Shown one piece after another: positions 21,001-32,000 of a stretch of DNA of 32,000 nucleotides. The first letter of the stretch is position 1; each line of letters begins with the position of its first letter. The position numbers and the translations under genes are program-made. The notes under the pieces are model-generated. The model saw only the letters and a program-made list of their open reading frames with translations, searched no databases and had not been told where the DNA came from. This DNA comes from Wallemia ichthyophaga EXF-994 (lineage: Eukaryota; Fungi; Basidiomycota), in NCBI RefSeq assembly GCF_000400465.1, contig NW_008806293.1, forward strand, positions 92,601 to 124,600, written 5' to 3'.

Positions 21001-23553
21001 CGAGCTGAGAGTGAAGTGAAAGATGTGAAGAATGTCGCTGGTAATGTATCGCTCTTCCTCGTCGACAACGAGGCGGAGGCGCTGCAGAGACGTAAGGGGA
21101 ACATGGAGCAGCGCGACGTGTTTAGAGGGAGTTTAAGGGATCATTGGAAGGTTAGTAAACAGAGGCATTACAACACCACACTAACCCATCTACTCCACCA
21201 GTCCGCTGGATATGTGCAGATTGCAGAGCTCGTCAAAGTGACCAGCAAGTTCAAAGTTAATCTCAAGTCAACAGACACTGCCAAAGTGATAGCTGAGATA
21301 ATGTACGCAGATGGTCGAGTGGGGGTATGTGCCGATTCGCTGAGTACAATAAAGCAATTCCTGTCCGACCTGTCACCCACTTCGCCATCTTCAACGAGCG
21401 ACCGAACTGTACACTCGCACTCCTCGCCAGCCGAGGACACGAACGCATACACGAACCTGCTCGCCTCGCTCGACGAGACGGCCTTTGCGCAGCTTCCGGA
21501 GACATACACGACCATGAGCGCGGACATGTTGGACGACGATATTCCCACCAACCTCGAGTATGCCGAGAGTGGTGCGCACCAATCGCACTATATGGAGCGA
21601 GGGTTAGAATTTGATGCGTACCGTGAAGGGCTTTCGCCTTCGTCTTCGGACGTGGTGCACGACGAGTTGGACGACTATGTCATGCCCGCGGCCTCGCAGC
21701 CTGCAGAGAAAGCAGAGGTGATAGTGCCTGGTGCAATGATGCGCGAGGGCTTCGTAGAGCTGCTGCGGGAGAGATACGCCGAGGATCAATATGCTGCACA
21801 GACGCAGAGGCGCCTGTCGTTGGTTGACGTCACGCTGCACCGTGCTGATGTTTCGCTGCAGCTCTTCGACGGGTGCGACTGGGTGCGTACGCGCGCTAAA
21901 ATAGAGCAGGAGTATCGCAAATTGAGGAGAAAGCTCGTGCGCATACGCCAGCTGCTTTCTACAGGTCAGCAGGTGGACACCACCGACGAGCTTTCGTGCG
22001 ATGTGTACGGAGCTTACAGTGTCGGCCTCAGCAGTAGTAGCGCGGGAAGCACTGATTCTCACATCGACACCTCTGAAGATTTCCTCAAAGCTATAGACGA
22101 GGAATTGGGTGTGGCGGGCGAGGAGAGTGACAGCGAGTGGCAGAATCTAAGCACACCTTCTCAGTCACACAGAACGAAAGAATCTGTCCCAGCACCAGAT
22201 CACACTCATACTCACACGTCAGACTTCAAGAAATCGCTACAGAGATCCTCCGCTCCGTTCGTTGAAGTCACAGCGCGTGACGTGCACTCTTCCTACACGA
22301 AGTTCGCTGAGGGAGACAAGGCATCTGCTACCAAGCTATCGATTAAAGATATGGAGGTCTTGGATGGGGTGACGCAGAAGAGCAAATGGAGGAAATTCAT
22401 GACAGCGTTACAGAAAGACCTTAGAGGAAATATGCGCGAGTCTAACTCGAATATGGTAGAAGTGACACTCAATAATTTGCTCACTGATGCTAATGAGGAG
22501 GAGATTTCACTGCTGTGTCGCATCCTGCCCATCAAGCTCAACATGGACCAGGATGCACTCGACTTCCTCAAGCGTTTCATCGCCTTTAAAGATGAAGGGG
22601 AGAGTGCTATTGGCAGGCCAAGTGGACCTTATATCCGTGTGTTGGGCCAATTGCAAGACGAATTTGACTAACTCACAATTTAGGTCAAGCTATTATTGAG
22701 CCGGTCGAGATCAAGATGGACTACAAACCGAAGCATGTCAACTACGCGGCTCTGCGACAGGGAAAGACGATGGAAATGATGAATTTCTTTCATTTCGATG
22801 GATCTGAGATCATACTGCGCAGGATCATGATATCGGGGGTGGGTTCAGCACTTGGAAATTGGAACAGGAGGAAGATCTAACACTAGATCGATCAGATCGT
22901 CGGCTGGCCGCGCTTGTTTGATCTACTGCAGGACACATGGACACCCGACGTCAAGGCAAACCAGCTGTCGGATGTGATCTCGGGAGTTGCGCCAGTTCGT
23001 TCACTAGTGAACGTTGGCAGTGGTGTAGCCGATCTCGTACTGCTGCCTATTGAGCAATACAGACACGACAAGCGCATCATAAGAGGGCTCCAGAAAGGCG
23101 GAACTTCTTTCGCGCGGAATGCAGGCATGGAAGCAGTGCGACTAGGAGCAAAGCTCATCAACGGTACGCAAGTGGTGTTAGAGCATGCAGAAAGTATTCT
23201 CGCCAACAGGCCATCGCAGGATAAGGTGACGATGGAGGCGGTTGAAGAAGAGACACAGCCGACGACATTGAAACAGGGAATGGAGAGTGCATATAGATCG
23301 TTGAACAGTAATTTGAATGATGCAGCACAGACTATATTGGCTGGTGGGTGCTATACATATGATAGCTACCTGGCTTCCTCGCTAATGCACACATATAGTT
23401 CCAATGGAGGTGTTTGAGAAGGGCGATAAGAATAAACCGATCATACGAGCTGTTCCGATTGCGATATTGAAACCACTGATCGGGTTGACAAGTGCGGCTG
23501 CCAAGATCCAGCAAGGCTTTTTGAATAAATATGACGAACAACGAAGAGAATGA
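18039..23553 (+). CDS. ATG2: Autophagy lipid-transfer protein Atg2, about 9 exons; first exon uncertain
   Basis: Chorein-like N-terminus (IRIPWSNPLSQSISIDLDGLDV), LPIKLNMDQDALDFLKRF, EIKMDYKPKHVNYAALRQGKTMEMMNFFHFDGSEI, WTPDVKANQLSDVISGVAPVRSLVNVGSGVADLVLLPIEQY and RAVPIAILKP. The GTG at 18124 follows a branch point and CAG. The best-fitting first exon is 18039-18078 with a 46-nt intron. Confidence 0.9.
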
Positions 23554-23596
23554 GTGTGTTGTAAAATAGGAATTCTAATGAATGATGTATGTTGTA

Positions 23597-24306
23597 CTAT
23601 GCTTTCGTTGATGTACTTCTCCGATCGCGCAGGTACATCACCAAGGAGAAGATGTAGATACTGGCGAGAATATAGGCGAAGTACTTGGGCAAACCGTCGT
23701 GCTGTCTGGCGATGGTGGATGCGTAGAAGAAAGCGGTAACTACGAGGATAAACTTCACGAGTAGGACGATTGAGTTGTTGGTCGAGATGTTTATACTGTC
23801 AGTGAAGTGGGACAAGTCCTTCATTGCACCGCGATATAACAGACTGGTTTCAAACAAGTTGACTCCGCAGCTCCGAGGAGAATAAAATCTAAATTGTACA
23901 AATGTAAAATGGTGGTATGGATAGGGTGAATGTAATGGAATGTGCGCTGTTTTCATCTGCTACACAGCCTGCATTTCATATAGTACTCCAGGTTTAGGAC
24001 GACGTTGACGAGCAAGAATCCGATTGAGGATGATTCGATAAGGCTGTTGAGCGTCTGCGGCAGCTGGCAGCTTGTGCAGCTTTGATATACGTGGAATATC
24101 GAACTGGCTGATATGAGAATATACGAGCCCATCCACAGGTATCTCCTCCGTCTTATCTGCGCAATAGCTTCGTGGTGTGTCGTCAAACCGCCTTGGTGAT
24201 CTTCGTGGTGCTCTTCGTAGTGGTAGTAGCGCATTGGTATGCCTGTTGCTAAGCTTTGTTACTTTTGGTTAATGACAGCGCCTCGAAGCGAACTATATTC
24301 ATCCAT
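23597..24306 (-). CDS. Small hypothetical membrane protein (about 4 hydrophobic segments, His-rich N-terminus), 3 exons
   Basis: Putative exon 1 at 24306-24294 (MDEY) and a 51-nt intron at 24293-24243 join in frame to ORF 23953-24234. A second intron of about 77 nt joins it to ORF 23597-23956. Hydrophobic stretches: YLWMGSYILISASSIFHVY, IGFLLVNVVLNL, IVLLVKFILVVTAFFYAS, YFAYILASIYIFSLVMYL. Confidence 0.6.
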
Positions 24307-25259
24307 GCAAGGCACAAGCCAGGCACTACCTTATTAAACCCCTGAACAGTTCATAAGAACGAAACGTGACATAGCGGCGTTCTGTATAAATCGGCCATTA
24401 ACAATCTCCGCACTGTTTCTCCTTGTTAACTTTTCCGAAGAAAGGGGGCAAATCTCCATGCTTCTCAACTGCAAATATATCTTAAATTTAAGTTAAACTG
24501 GCTTGAAAGATTAAGGCCCCATCCAAACGCGTGTAGAAGATGTGTCGTGGGTTGCCGAACGAGTCTAAATTAGGCAATTGGGTTAATCAGTTACAAATTA
24601 AACAAGTCAAGTCACCGAATCAGATTTTAGGGTGGTGAAGGTGGCAGAGATGGTAGTTTGGGATATTCTGTTAACTTTCACAGTAGCTCGGAGTTGTACC
24701 GCTTTTTTCGGAAATTGACGATTGATAGGGTACATTTGTGAGTGAGACGGCAACTGTGACTATCAAATTGCGCTTTTGTGAGACTTCGCGTGTACTTCTA
24801 CCTATTTCCTATTCCGCTCTATTTGCTCCTCATCCCCATCATCCCATAAAATACTAGACGAAATAGAACATCCCAAGTTGAGAATGACATATACGGAAAA
24901 ATGATGAGCTATTCTACTCTTCTGGCATTTTCTTAAACTTTCCGGCTTCATGAATGTATCCTCAGTGCTAGCAGCGACCACAACCCGGTGATGTCATTTT
25001 GTTTGAAATGTAAAGCAGGTATTTCTTAATATAGAAATTAGTGAACCATAATCATCATGTTTTGTTCAAATACACTCCTCCAAAATCTACTCCTACTTAC
25101 AAATTTCAAAATTATCAAGAATGTTGATTCAACTTCTACATACCGCGCCTCGTTCATCAAGCAAGCGTGTTTATTTTCCAACCAAAACCTCTTTTTCAAA
25201 TCAAATAGATAATTAGCTCGGGAAGAGCTACACGAATACCATTGAGATAGATCCACACT

Positions 25260-27305
25260 ATGACCCAACAGCTTTTGCGTGAGTTGCAGGTTTTGCTGGA
25301 GATTTTGAGGACTTCTCTCTGACTAGCTCCCAGCAGACTGGCTATCGTACTCTCGTATAGCAGGACAGAATGCCTATACTATTGTACAGCAGCCGCAGAC
25401 TTACTACGGACCGTCTATTCCGCTGGGCGGTGGATGGGACTACGGTGGTCTAACTTCGCCCACGTCTTCAGAAGGAAGCAGCACAGCTAGCAGTAGCAGC
25501 TCTGGTAGCTCTAGCCAGACTAGTAGCGCGTCAGACGCGTCCAGTACGTCGAGTACGTCTGGTATATCAAACACGTCAAGCACGTCGAGCAACTCAAGTA
25601 GCCAAACTAGTAGCTCTAGTAGCTCTAGTAGACCATCAACTACCTCCAGTTCATCTACCACATCTACCACATCTACCACATCTAGCTCGTCCACCACCTC
25701 CAGCATATCCTCCAGTACCACAAATCCACCAATCACCTCATCCACTACTACACCTCTGCCTTCTTCAAGCACAAGTAGCGGCGTAGGCCCGGCAGCTGGT
25801 GATACAGTTGAGGCAAGTGAGACAAGTGACACTGGCAAAGTGAGTATTTGAACATGCAACTTCGTAGGTCAGAAACTCACACCAAAAAGATACTAGCGAT
25901 AGTGCTGCCTGTCATACTCGGACCACTACTCCTTCTACTGCTACTGTTACTGCTGCGATGTGTATACAAGCGTAAGATGAACAAAGACATAGAGCGGCGC
26001 CAGTTTGAAGTTACACCTTTCCTAGCAACCCATCAAACACGTCCTTCGGATGCAGATGCAGCGCTGTACAACACTGCACCCAAACCGACGCAAACGCAAA
26101 CGCAAGCGCAATCTCAATCATGTCCTAGTACCTGGTTTGCCATGCTGGGAAGTAAGGCAAAGGCATGGAATGAGGAGAGAGATCGAGAGAAAAAATTCAC
26201 TTCGCTGCCGCCTCCACGCAGCCGCGGATTCAAGACAGATTTGTCAATTGAGGATAAAGTAACGCCAGTGCAGCGCCGCCAGAGCAATATGTTCAAGGTA
26301 TCGCCATTGCTAGGAACGTCATCGTCGAATGAGAAGCCATCGCAAAACAGGCCGATATCGCAGACGCAGTTCGGCGACAGTGACGGCTGGTCCGACAACC
26401 AGTCTGATAAGTACAGCTCACCTCTGGACAAGATCCGCCAGATGCGGCTTTCGATGCTGAGCAACCACACGGTAAACGATGACGACAACGAACACGATTA
26501 TCCCAGCACTAGCGCTGGGATGTGGGGATTGGCTACTAGCATGTTTCCTCGTCGCTCAATGAGGGCACAGCCACCACTCAGTGGCAGCGTTGGAAAGAGA
26601 GTTCGACCTTATAAACGGATAGATAACGACGCGTACTCGCTCGCTAACGATAGTAGCAGCAGCAGTGGGGATGCATATTTTCCAATCGTGCCCACTGCGC
26701 GCATTGATGATTTCTACGATAACAGTGCAAGTTCGAAAAACTCGAAAGAGAAGAGTAACTCAAGTGGAAGTATGTCATTCAAAACAAGCAGCCCGTCACC
26801 TATCCCACCGCCATTCGCGTTCAAAACGAACCAGGTATCGCCGTCGATGTCTAGTATGTCTCAGTTCACAAACCACTCCACGAATTCCAACTGGCTTAAT
26901 ACGGAAGAGCGGGAACGCAGAATTGGTACAGCTTCGACACGATCAGGGTCGTACGACACTGCTTCCGAGGGCTATGACAGCAGGTCTGATAGTCGCAACG
27001 CGAGCAGTAACTCTAAGGAGTCGACGCCCGTCTCTAGTTCATCGGATAGCAGTCGACGTCGTCCGCCTGTGTTTCCACGTACTAGCGATACTGTCTTTGG
27101 GCAGATGATAGCAGATAAGGAGAGCGCGTTTGACTTTGGACCTCCCCGAAATGATTATCAGCCTGTCATCGTGGAAGAGGATGAGGATGAGGATGAAAAT
27201 GATGGTGAGGAAGAGGATAGGAGGAGGGAGGAAGCTATGGCTGTCCCTAAGTCAAGGTGGAAAGAGAATGCACGTCCTTTCCGGGGTAGAGGGGGTAGCC
27301 GTTAA
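25260..27305 (+). CDS. Single-pass membrane protein with Ser/Thr-rich ectodomain and long Ser-rich cytoplasmic tail (Mid2/Wsc/Msb2-type architecture); 5' end unresolved
   Basis: The Ser/Thr-rich frame at about 25340-25839 joins through a 50-nt intron (25840-25889, GTGAGT...CTCAC...AAG) to the TM segment ILAIVLPVILGPLLLLLLLLLL followed by RCVYKRK. The start at 25260 assumes a further intron from 25279. Confidence 0.75.
25560..25770 (+). repeat. Low-complexity Ser/Thr codon repeats, including (TCTACCACA)x3
   Basis: Read directly: tctaccacatctaccacatctaccacatct at about 25655-25685, with AGCTCTAGT-type units nearby. Confidence 0.8.
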
Positions 27306-27457
27306 TGGCTGCAACTAAAGCGGACTTTACTTTTTTTTACTTTTATTCTTATCTTGTATCAGTTTTGTAACTTGTTCAGTTTATGCATAAAGTACTTTTC
27401 TTTTTTGAAAATTGGTGTATTCTGAAAAAAAAAAAGTGATATTCTTAACAAATCAAA

Positions 27458-28572
27458 TCAAATTTGGCCAAGTGAAGCTCTGGAGCATTCTTGAGCGCGT
27501 TTGTTGAATGCTTCTTGTGCACCCTTGAAGTCTTTTCTTGTCCACTTCTCCATCGCGTCACCTTGCAGACCCCTTCCAAAGCTGAAAGTGAGGGGCGGGA
27601 GTCTGATGTTTTCTTTCTTTGCATACTTGTTGACAGCGCTGAGGAAAGCCACGCTGTCGCCATCCGATAAGCCGCCAGAGAGGAAAACAACACCGGGCAT
27701 TGCCACGGGGACAGAACGAGAGAGAGCCAGGGCAGTAGCTTTGCCTACAGAGTCTGCGGTGAGATTCTTGCGTTCGCTGTTTAGTGAACCTGGCTGAACA
27801 AAGGAAGGTTTGAGCAGGGTGCCTTTGTGCGGTGTTAGTTGGGGTATTACAAAGACCGAAAGACAAACACACCTTCCAAGTAAACCCCATGAGCAGCTAG
27901 TTTCTCGTATATGTTTGCAATGACCTTGATGTGCACTTCGAGTGAGCGTTCGAGGGTTGCGTCACCAGAGAAATCAAGATCAGGTTCGACGACTGGAACG
28001 AGACCGACGGCTTGACTGACGGCAGCCATTCTAGCCAAAGAAGTCGCTTGAGCATCTATGGCAAGTTGAGAAGGCAGAGTGGATGAGTTGACGAGGATTG
28101 GTGCTCTCCATTTGGTGAATCTTGCGCCGTGTTTCTTGAAGAGCTCACAGCGAGCGGTGAGATCGTCTAAGCCTTGCGTGAACACCTCACCGTCACCGGC
28201 GCCTGGCAGTGGCTGGCCATCAGTGTCGATTCTCACGCCGGGCACGATACCTCGCTGAGACAAGACATTGGCGAGATTGAAATCGACAAGGGTTTCTTGG
28301 TAGAGGATGCAGCCTGAGATGTGGTCGGTGGGTAGAGACTCGTAGAGGCATTTGCGCCATTCGTAGCGTCTCTGTTTCTCTTCATCGGGATTGTACTGCT
28401 TGCTGTTGGGACCCTCAGCAGCAGCTAGCCTTGCAGATATAGCCTCAGTGGTCTCATCAGTAGCATAAATTCCCTTTCCATGCTCAACTAACGCCGTGGC
28501 TGTGTTTTTCAGCTGCGAGTTGAAATCTGATTTTGTGGATGATTTAGCGAATGAGTATCCTGTAGTAGACAT
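27458..28572 (-). CDS. Fructose-bisphosphate aldolase, class I (Schiff-base, animal/plant-type glycolytic family), 2 exons
   Basis: Exons 28572-27873 and 27822-27458. Class I motifs: GKGIYATDE, FTKWRA, VPVVEPD, EGTLLKPS (Schiff-base Lys), PGVVFLSGG and LTFSFGRGLQ. Confidence 0.93.
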
Positions 28573-28606
28573 TGATAGAATTGGTTAAGGATTAATTCCT
28601 CATAAT

Positions 28607-28617
28607 CCCCTTATATA
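28607..28617 (-). promoter_or_regulatory. Candidate TATA box (TATATAA) with an adjoining AGGGG, upstream of the aldolase
   Basis: The minus strand reads TATATAAGGGG about 39 bp upstream of the aldolase ATG. Motif match only. Confidence 0.35.
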
Positions 28618-28906
28618 CGCCCTATAGCCCCGAAGTTCCACATCATATGAACAAAGTGCCGGGTGGAATTTCGGTGTGAATATGTTTATGAATGTATTAC
28701 GCAGTTATTATTACACCGTAATCTAGCCTATTCACCGTCTATATCCCGCAGAGCAAAATATTGGTCATCACAGCCATCACAATCATCATAGCCATGAAAC
28801 CGATAAGACTTAACACACCGATATGCATGTTTTTAGAATGAATTAATAATTTCAAATTATCCAAATCAGTTGAGCCACAGTCAGTTCCTCTACTCAGTCA
28901 ACGTCG

Positions 28907-31227
28907 ATGGCCGAAACTCAACCAGAAGCAGCGTCGACGAGTGCTTTACCAAAACCAAGCTACTATTATCCCACAGATGATGACAGCCAGTATATCCCAG
29001 TACCCGCCAACGATAATCCCGACGATGAAGATTACGTATGCAGAGGTGTCCCTGTTTTTGAGCCAACTATGGACGAATTTGTTGATTTCTACGACTATGT
29101 CCAGAAGATTGATAGATACGGCATGAAAGCGGGCATCGTAAAGGTTATTCCACCAGTTGAGTGGCTCGAGACGCTACCAGAATACAACGCATCCAATCTC
29201 GATAAAATTAAAATCAGACAGCCAATAGCCCAGCATATGCTTGGTCGAAGTGGTTTGTACAAGCAAACGAACGTCGTTAAGAGGAATGTGATGGGAATCG
29301 ATCAGTGGGCTTCTTTGGCTGGCTGCGGCCACGATGTTAAGCTGCAGTTCCCCACCCCTACACCACATCAACCCGATGATGTTCTCAGCGACTCTAGCAG
29401 ATTCACTAGAGGCAGAGGCTCGTCATCTAAGCTTAAAGACCCTCCGAGGAGAAAAAGGAGGAGAACTACCGCTGACAATTCTCAGTTACTAGATGAAGTC
29501 AAGACTGAGGATGCTTCATTCGCTAAAGATGAACCGAGTGACGAGCGCATGATTGATTTTGCTTCTCAAACGCAACCTCCAACTCCTAGTCATCCTTTGA
29601 ACGACAACACATCTCATTCTCAAAGCTCTCTCCCATCTGCAGAACTGCAAAGTAAATTATCAACACAATCAGCTCAAGGAGAAGGCTCTGCAGCACCTCA
29701 AAAGCCACCTCCAGCTAGAGTAGGCTCAGAAATCAGTGAAAGCACTGCAAAACCATCAGCCAAGAAGAGACGAGAAGAACTAGCGAATGAGTTTTATGAG
29801 GGGCTCAATATTCACGATGTATGGCTGCCTGACGATGCCAAGCATGAGGATTACGATGTAAAAGGATGCAAGCAGCTTGAAAAGCAATACTGGCGGACTT
29901 TAGGATTAGGCGATAATGAGATTAGCTGGTACGGAGCTGATTTGTCAGGTGAGATGTGCACCATTAACTTAAATCTAACTCAATCTAACCACTATTCACA
30001 GGGTCGCTTTTCAATGACAAAACCAAAAGCTGGAATGTGGCAAACCTGCCGTCGTATCTCACCGAAATCCTTAAAGAAGCTGGTGTCGGTGCACAGCTAC
30101 CTGGAGTCAACACACCGTACTTATACTTTGGTGCATGGCGAGCAACTTTCGCGTGGCACGTCGAGGACATGGATCTATACAGTATAAATTATATTCATTT
30201 CGGTGCACCTAAATTCTGGTACACGATTCCGCAGAAGCAGAAATGGAAATTCGAGAGACTGATGGCAGGTCTGTTCCCTGGGGAGTCTAAGCAATGTCCG
30301 GAATGGCTGCGCCATAAATCGTATCTCGCTTCGCCACACGTGTTAGCGTCACAAAACATCAAGCCGTCAGTGCTAGTGCAAAAGCAGAACGAGTTTGTGA
30401 TTACATTCCCACATGGCTACCACTCGGGTTTCAATATGGGCTTTAACTGCGCAGAGTCTGTCAATTTCGCTACTGAAGGATGGACCAAGTATGGAAGGAA
30501 GGCGCGTGCATGTACCTGTGTTGGCGACAGTGTGAAGATAGACGTAGATCAGCTGCTCGAGCGGATCGAGTATAGGAAGAGGGAGATGGAAGCTGAGAAG
30601 AAGGGGGTGGTGATGAAGATGTCTTTGGATGAATATCTACAGTCGAAGCGCGTCAAAGAGACGGCTGATGAACAGATATCCCATATAAAGATACTTGACT
30701 ACCTCGTACCTACATTCGCACCGCCGCATGATCAGCAGATTGCGTGGATGAAGTGGGGCGCTACGCAGCCAATTGAGGTGCAGCATGTGATCATCCAAGT
30801 TCCGTGGATGCAGGAATGTGTGAAGAATACGCTGAAATCGACGAATGAGAAGAAAGATCAGGCACAGAAGCAGGCACAGACAAAAAAGCAAGAGGAAGTG
30901 GCGCAAGAGGAGACGAATTCTCAGCAGCAGCAGCAGCAAACAAACCCAAATATTAACCATTCATTCGCACAGTCATCTGACACCTCCCTTATGCCATCTT
31001 ACAACTCATCATTACCATCATACCAAGCACATCAGACACATCAGGGACTACCAAATCACTACAATCACATATCATCATTGGCTACCTCACAGCAGGCTCA
31101 GCAGCATTCAACAGCAACGCAAGCACAAGTAGCACCAGCACAAGCACCATCATCAGCACACCCATTAGCACAATCACATTTAGCAGCATCCCAAACACAT
31201 TCGTCGCATCTTCCTGGAGGTATTTGA
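28907..31227 (+). CDS. RPH1: JmjN/JmjC histone lysine demethylase, KDM4/Rph1 family, 2 exons, Gln-rich low-complexity tail
   Basis: JmjN: VPVFEPTMDEF...GIVKVIPP. Intron 29949-30001. JmjC: YGADLSGSLF, GVNTPYLYFG, FAWHVEDMDLYSINY (H-x-E), GYHSGFNMGFNCAESVNFA. The extreme C-terminus could be changed by an unrecognised last intron. Confidence 0.92.
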
Positions 31228-31664
31228 TCTCTTTTTGTGTTTGCATATATCTCACCTTGTATGAGTAGCACGTGTGTGTATGTTTGTGTGAAATGTGTTA
31301 ATTTTTAGACACTCGAATCGAAGTAAATGTTACATGTATAGGTAAACAACGTAAATAAAGTAAAAAGGATGGACAAAACTACGTAAAGTTGTATTGTTAT
31401 TGCTATTGCAGATAATGCAGGTAGCGTACAAGGAGAGTGTACAAGAGTACAGGATAAAGACATAGTGAAATTGATATTTCAATTGCGATTGCGAGTATGA
31501 GTGTGATTGAAGTCAAGATTGCGATTGCGTTTATGATTGCGAGTGTAAGTGAAAATTGTACATACAGGATGCGAACAAAGAACTGAGAACTAAACAAGAG
31601 TCGTGAGTGTTGAGAAAAAGTGCTGAGTAAAGTGGAGAGTAAGTGGAGGGTAAGTTGGAGAGTA

Positions 31665-32000
31665 TTAAACTCTATCTGCACTATGGTTGTTCATTATCCG
31701 ACAAAAGAGGGATGTGAAGAGATAGGGTGAAGCGGAGGTAGCTGGATGGTCTATATCGATGTTGTGGGTATTATTGCCTTGGTTGTTACTGTTGCTGATA
31801 TGACTATTGCTATTGCCGCTGTCAGCCTGGTTGTCAACGCGGTTGTCGCGGCTATCTGTGATGTCAGCTTCTTCAAAGTGCTCGCTGATAGGGTGGAGTT
31901 CGTGAGCAGATTGAGAATGAGTACAACGAGAAAGTCTGAGAGCGTTTCTGAACGACTGCAACGAAACATGACGTCTGCCTGGGAGATGAGCGGTAGAGCG
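31665..32000 (-). CDS. Possible 3' end of a gene entering from the right edge (Asn/Asp/Ser-rich low complexity)
   Basis: The frame is open from the window edge to TAA at 31667-31665 (RSTAHLPGRRHVSLQSFRNALRLSR...). No recognisable motif. Confidence 0.35.
   Translation of the reverse strand, partial: RSTAHLPGRRHVSLQSFRNALRLSRCTHSQSAHELHPISEHFEEADITDSRDNRVDNQADSGNSNSHISNSNNQGNNTHNIDIDHPATSASPYLFTSLFCRIMNNHSADRV

Noticed and set aside
1061-22580. Numerous 60-170 aa antisense or alternate-frame ORFs inside SRP receptor, PRP16, LIG4, LIN1 and ATG2
   Set aside because: They are fully nested in well-supported genes, have no recognisable motifs, and many start with TTG or GTG; typical shadow ORFs.
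24895-25005. ATGATGA (box C-like) with a short terminal complement, suggesting a C/D snoRNA
   Set aside because: There is no CTGA box D at the expected position and no identifiable rRNA guide.
25440-25859. 139-aa Val/Leu/Asp/Glu-rich minus-strand ORF
   Set aside because: It is the antisense shadow of the Ser/Thr codon repeats of the surface protein.
27380-27460. Possible cryptic peroxisomal signal on the aldolase via stop read-through, as known for some fungal glycolytic enzymes
   Set aside because: The stop context is TGA-TTT rather than TGA-CTA, and the extension ends ...KYFYA*, which is not PTS1.
1-32000. Prokaryotic features (CRISPR array, operon with Shine-Dalgarno sites, tRNA/rRNA, intact transposon)
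   Set aside because: None is visible. Genes are spliced eukaryotic housekeeping genes, and the tight packing is discussed as eukaryotic architecture instead.

Overview
This is eukaryotic (fungal) genomic DNA, not prokaryotic. It is very gene-dense, and its introns are short, mostly 46-60 nt, with GT..AG ends and CTRAC/CTCAC-like branch points. Protein families and intron style suggest a compact-genome basidiomycete, possibly Wallemia-like; this is inference and no search was run. I spliced 13 complete or near-complete genes by hand, plus two partial genes at the edges. In order: SRP receptor alpha, RCL1, a coiled-coil protein (SIKE/Far3-like), PRP16, a long-chain acyl-CoA synthetase ending in a PTS1-type -AKL, DNA ligase IV, LIN1/CD2BP2, IMP2-like peptidase, a PCI-like protein, ATG2, a small 4-TM protein, a Ser/Thr-rich single-pass surface protein, a class I fructose-bisphosphate aldolase and a KDM4/Rph1-type JmjC demethylase. 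The most unusual signal is architectural. The PCI-like gene and IMP2 overlap through an operon-style ATGA stop/start. Other same-strand neighbours are only 36-88 bp apart, and head-to-head start codons are about 2, 24 and 37 bp apart. Also notable: a class I aldolase in a fungus, frequent AAG acceptors and GTGGGT donors, a 14-nt micro-exon carrying the AMP-binding loop, and an unexplained 1.2 kb gap. I found no tRNA, rRNA, CRISPR array or intact mobile element. All exon boundaries are manual predictions.
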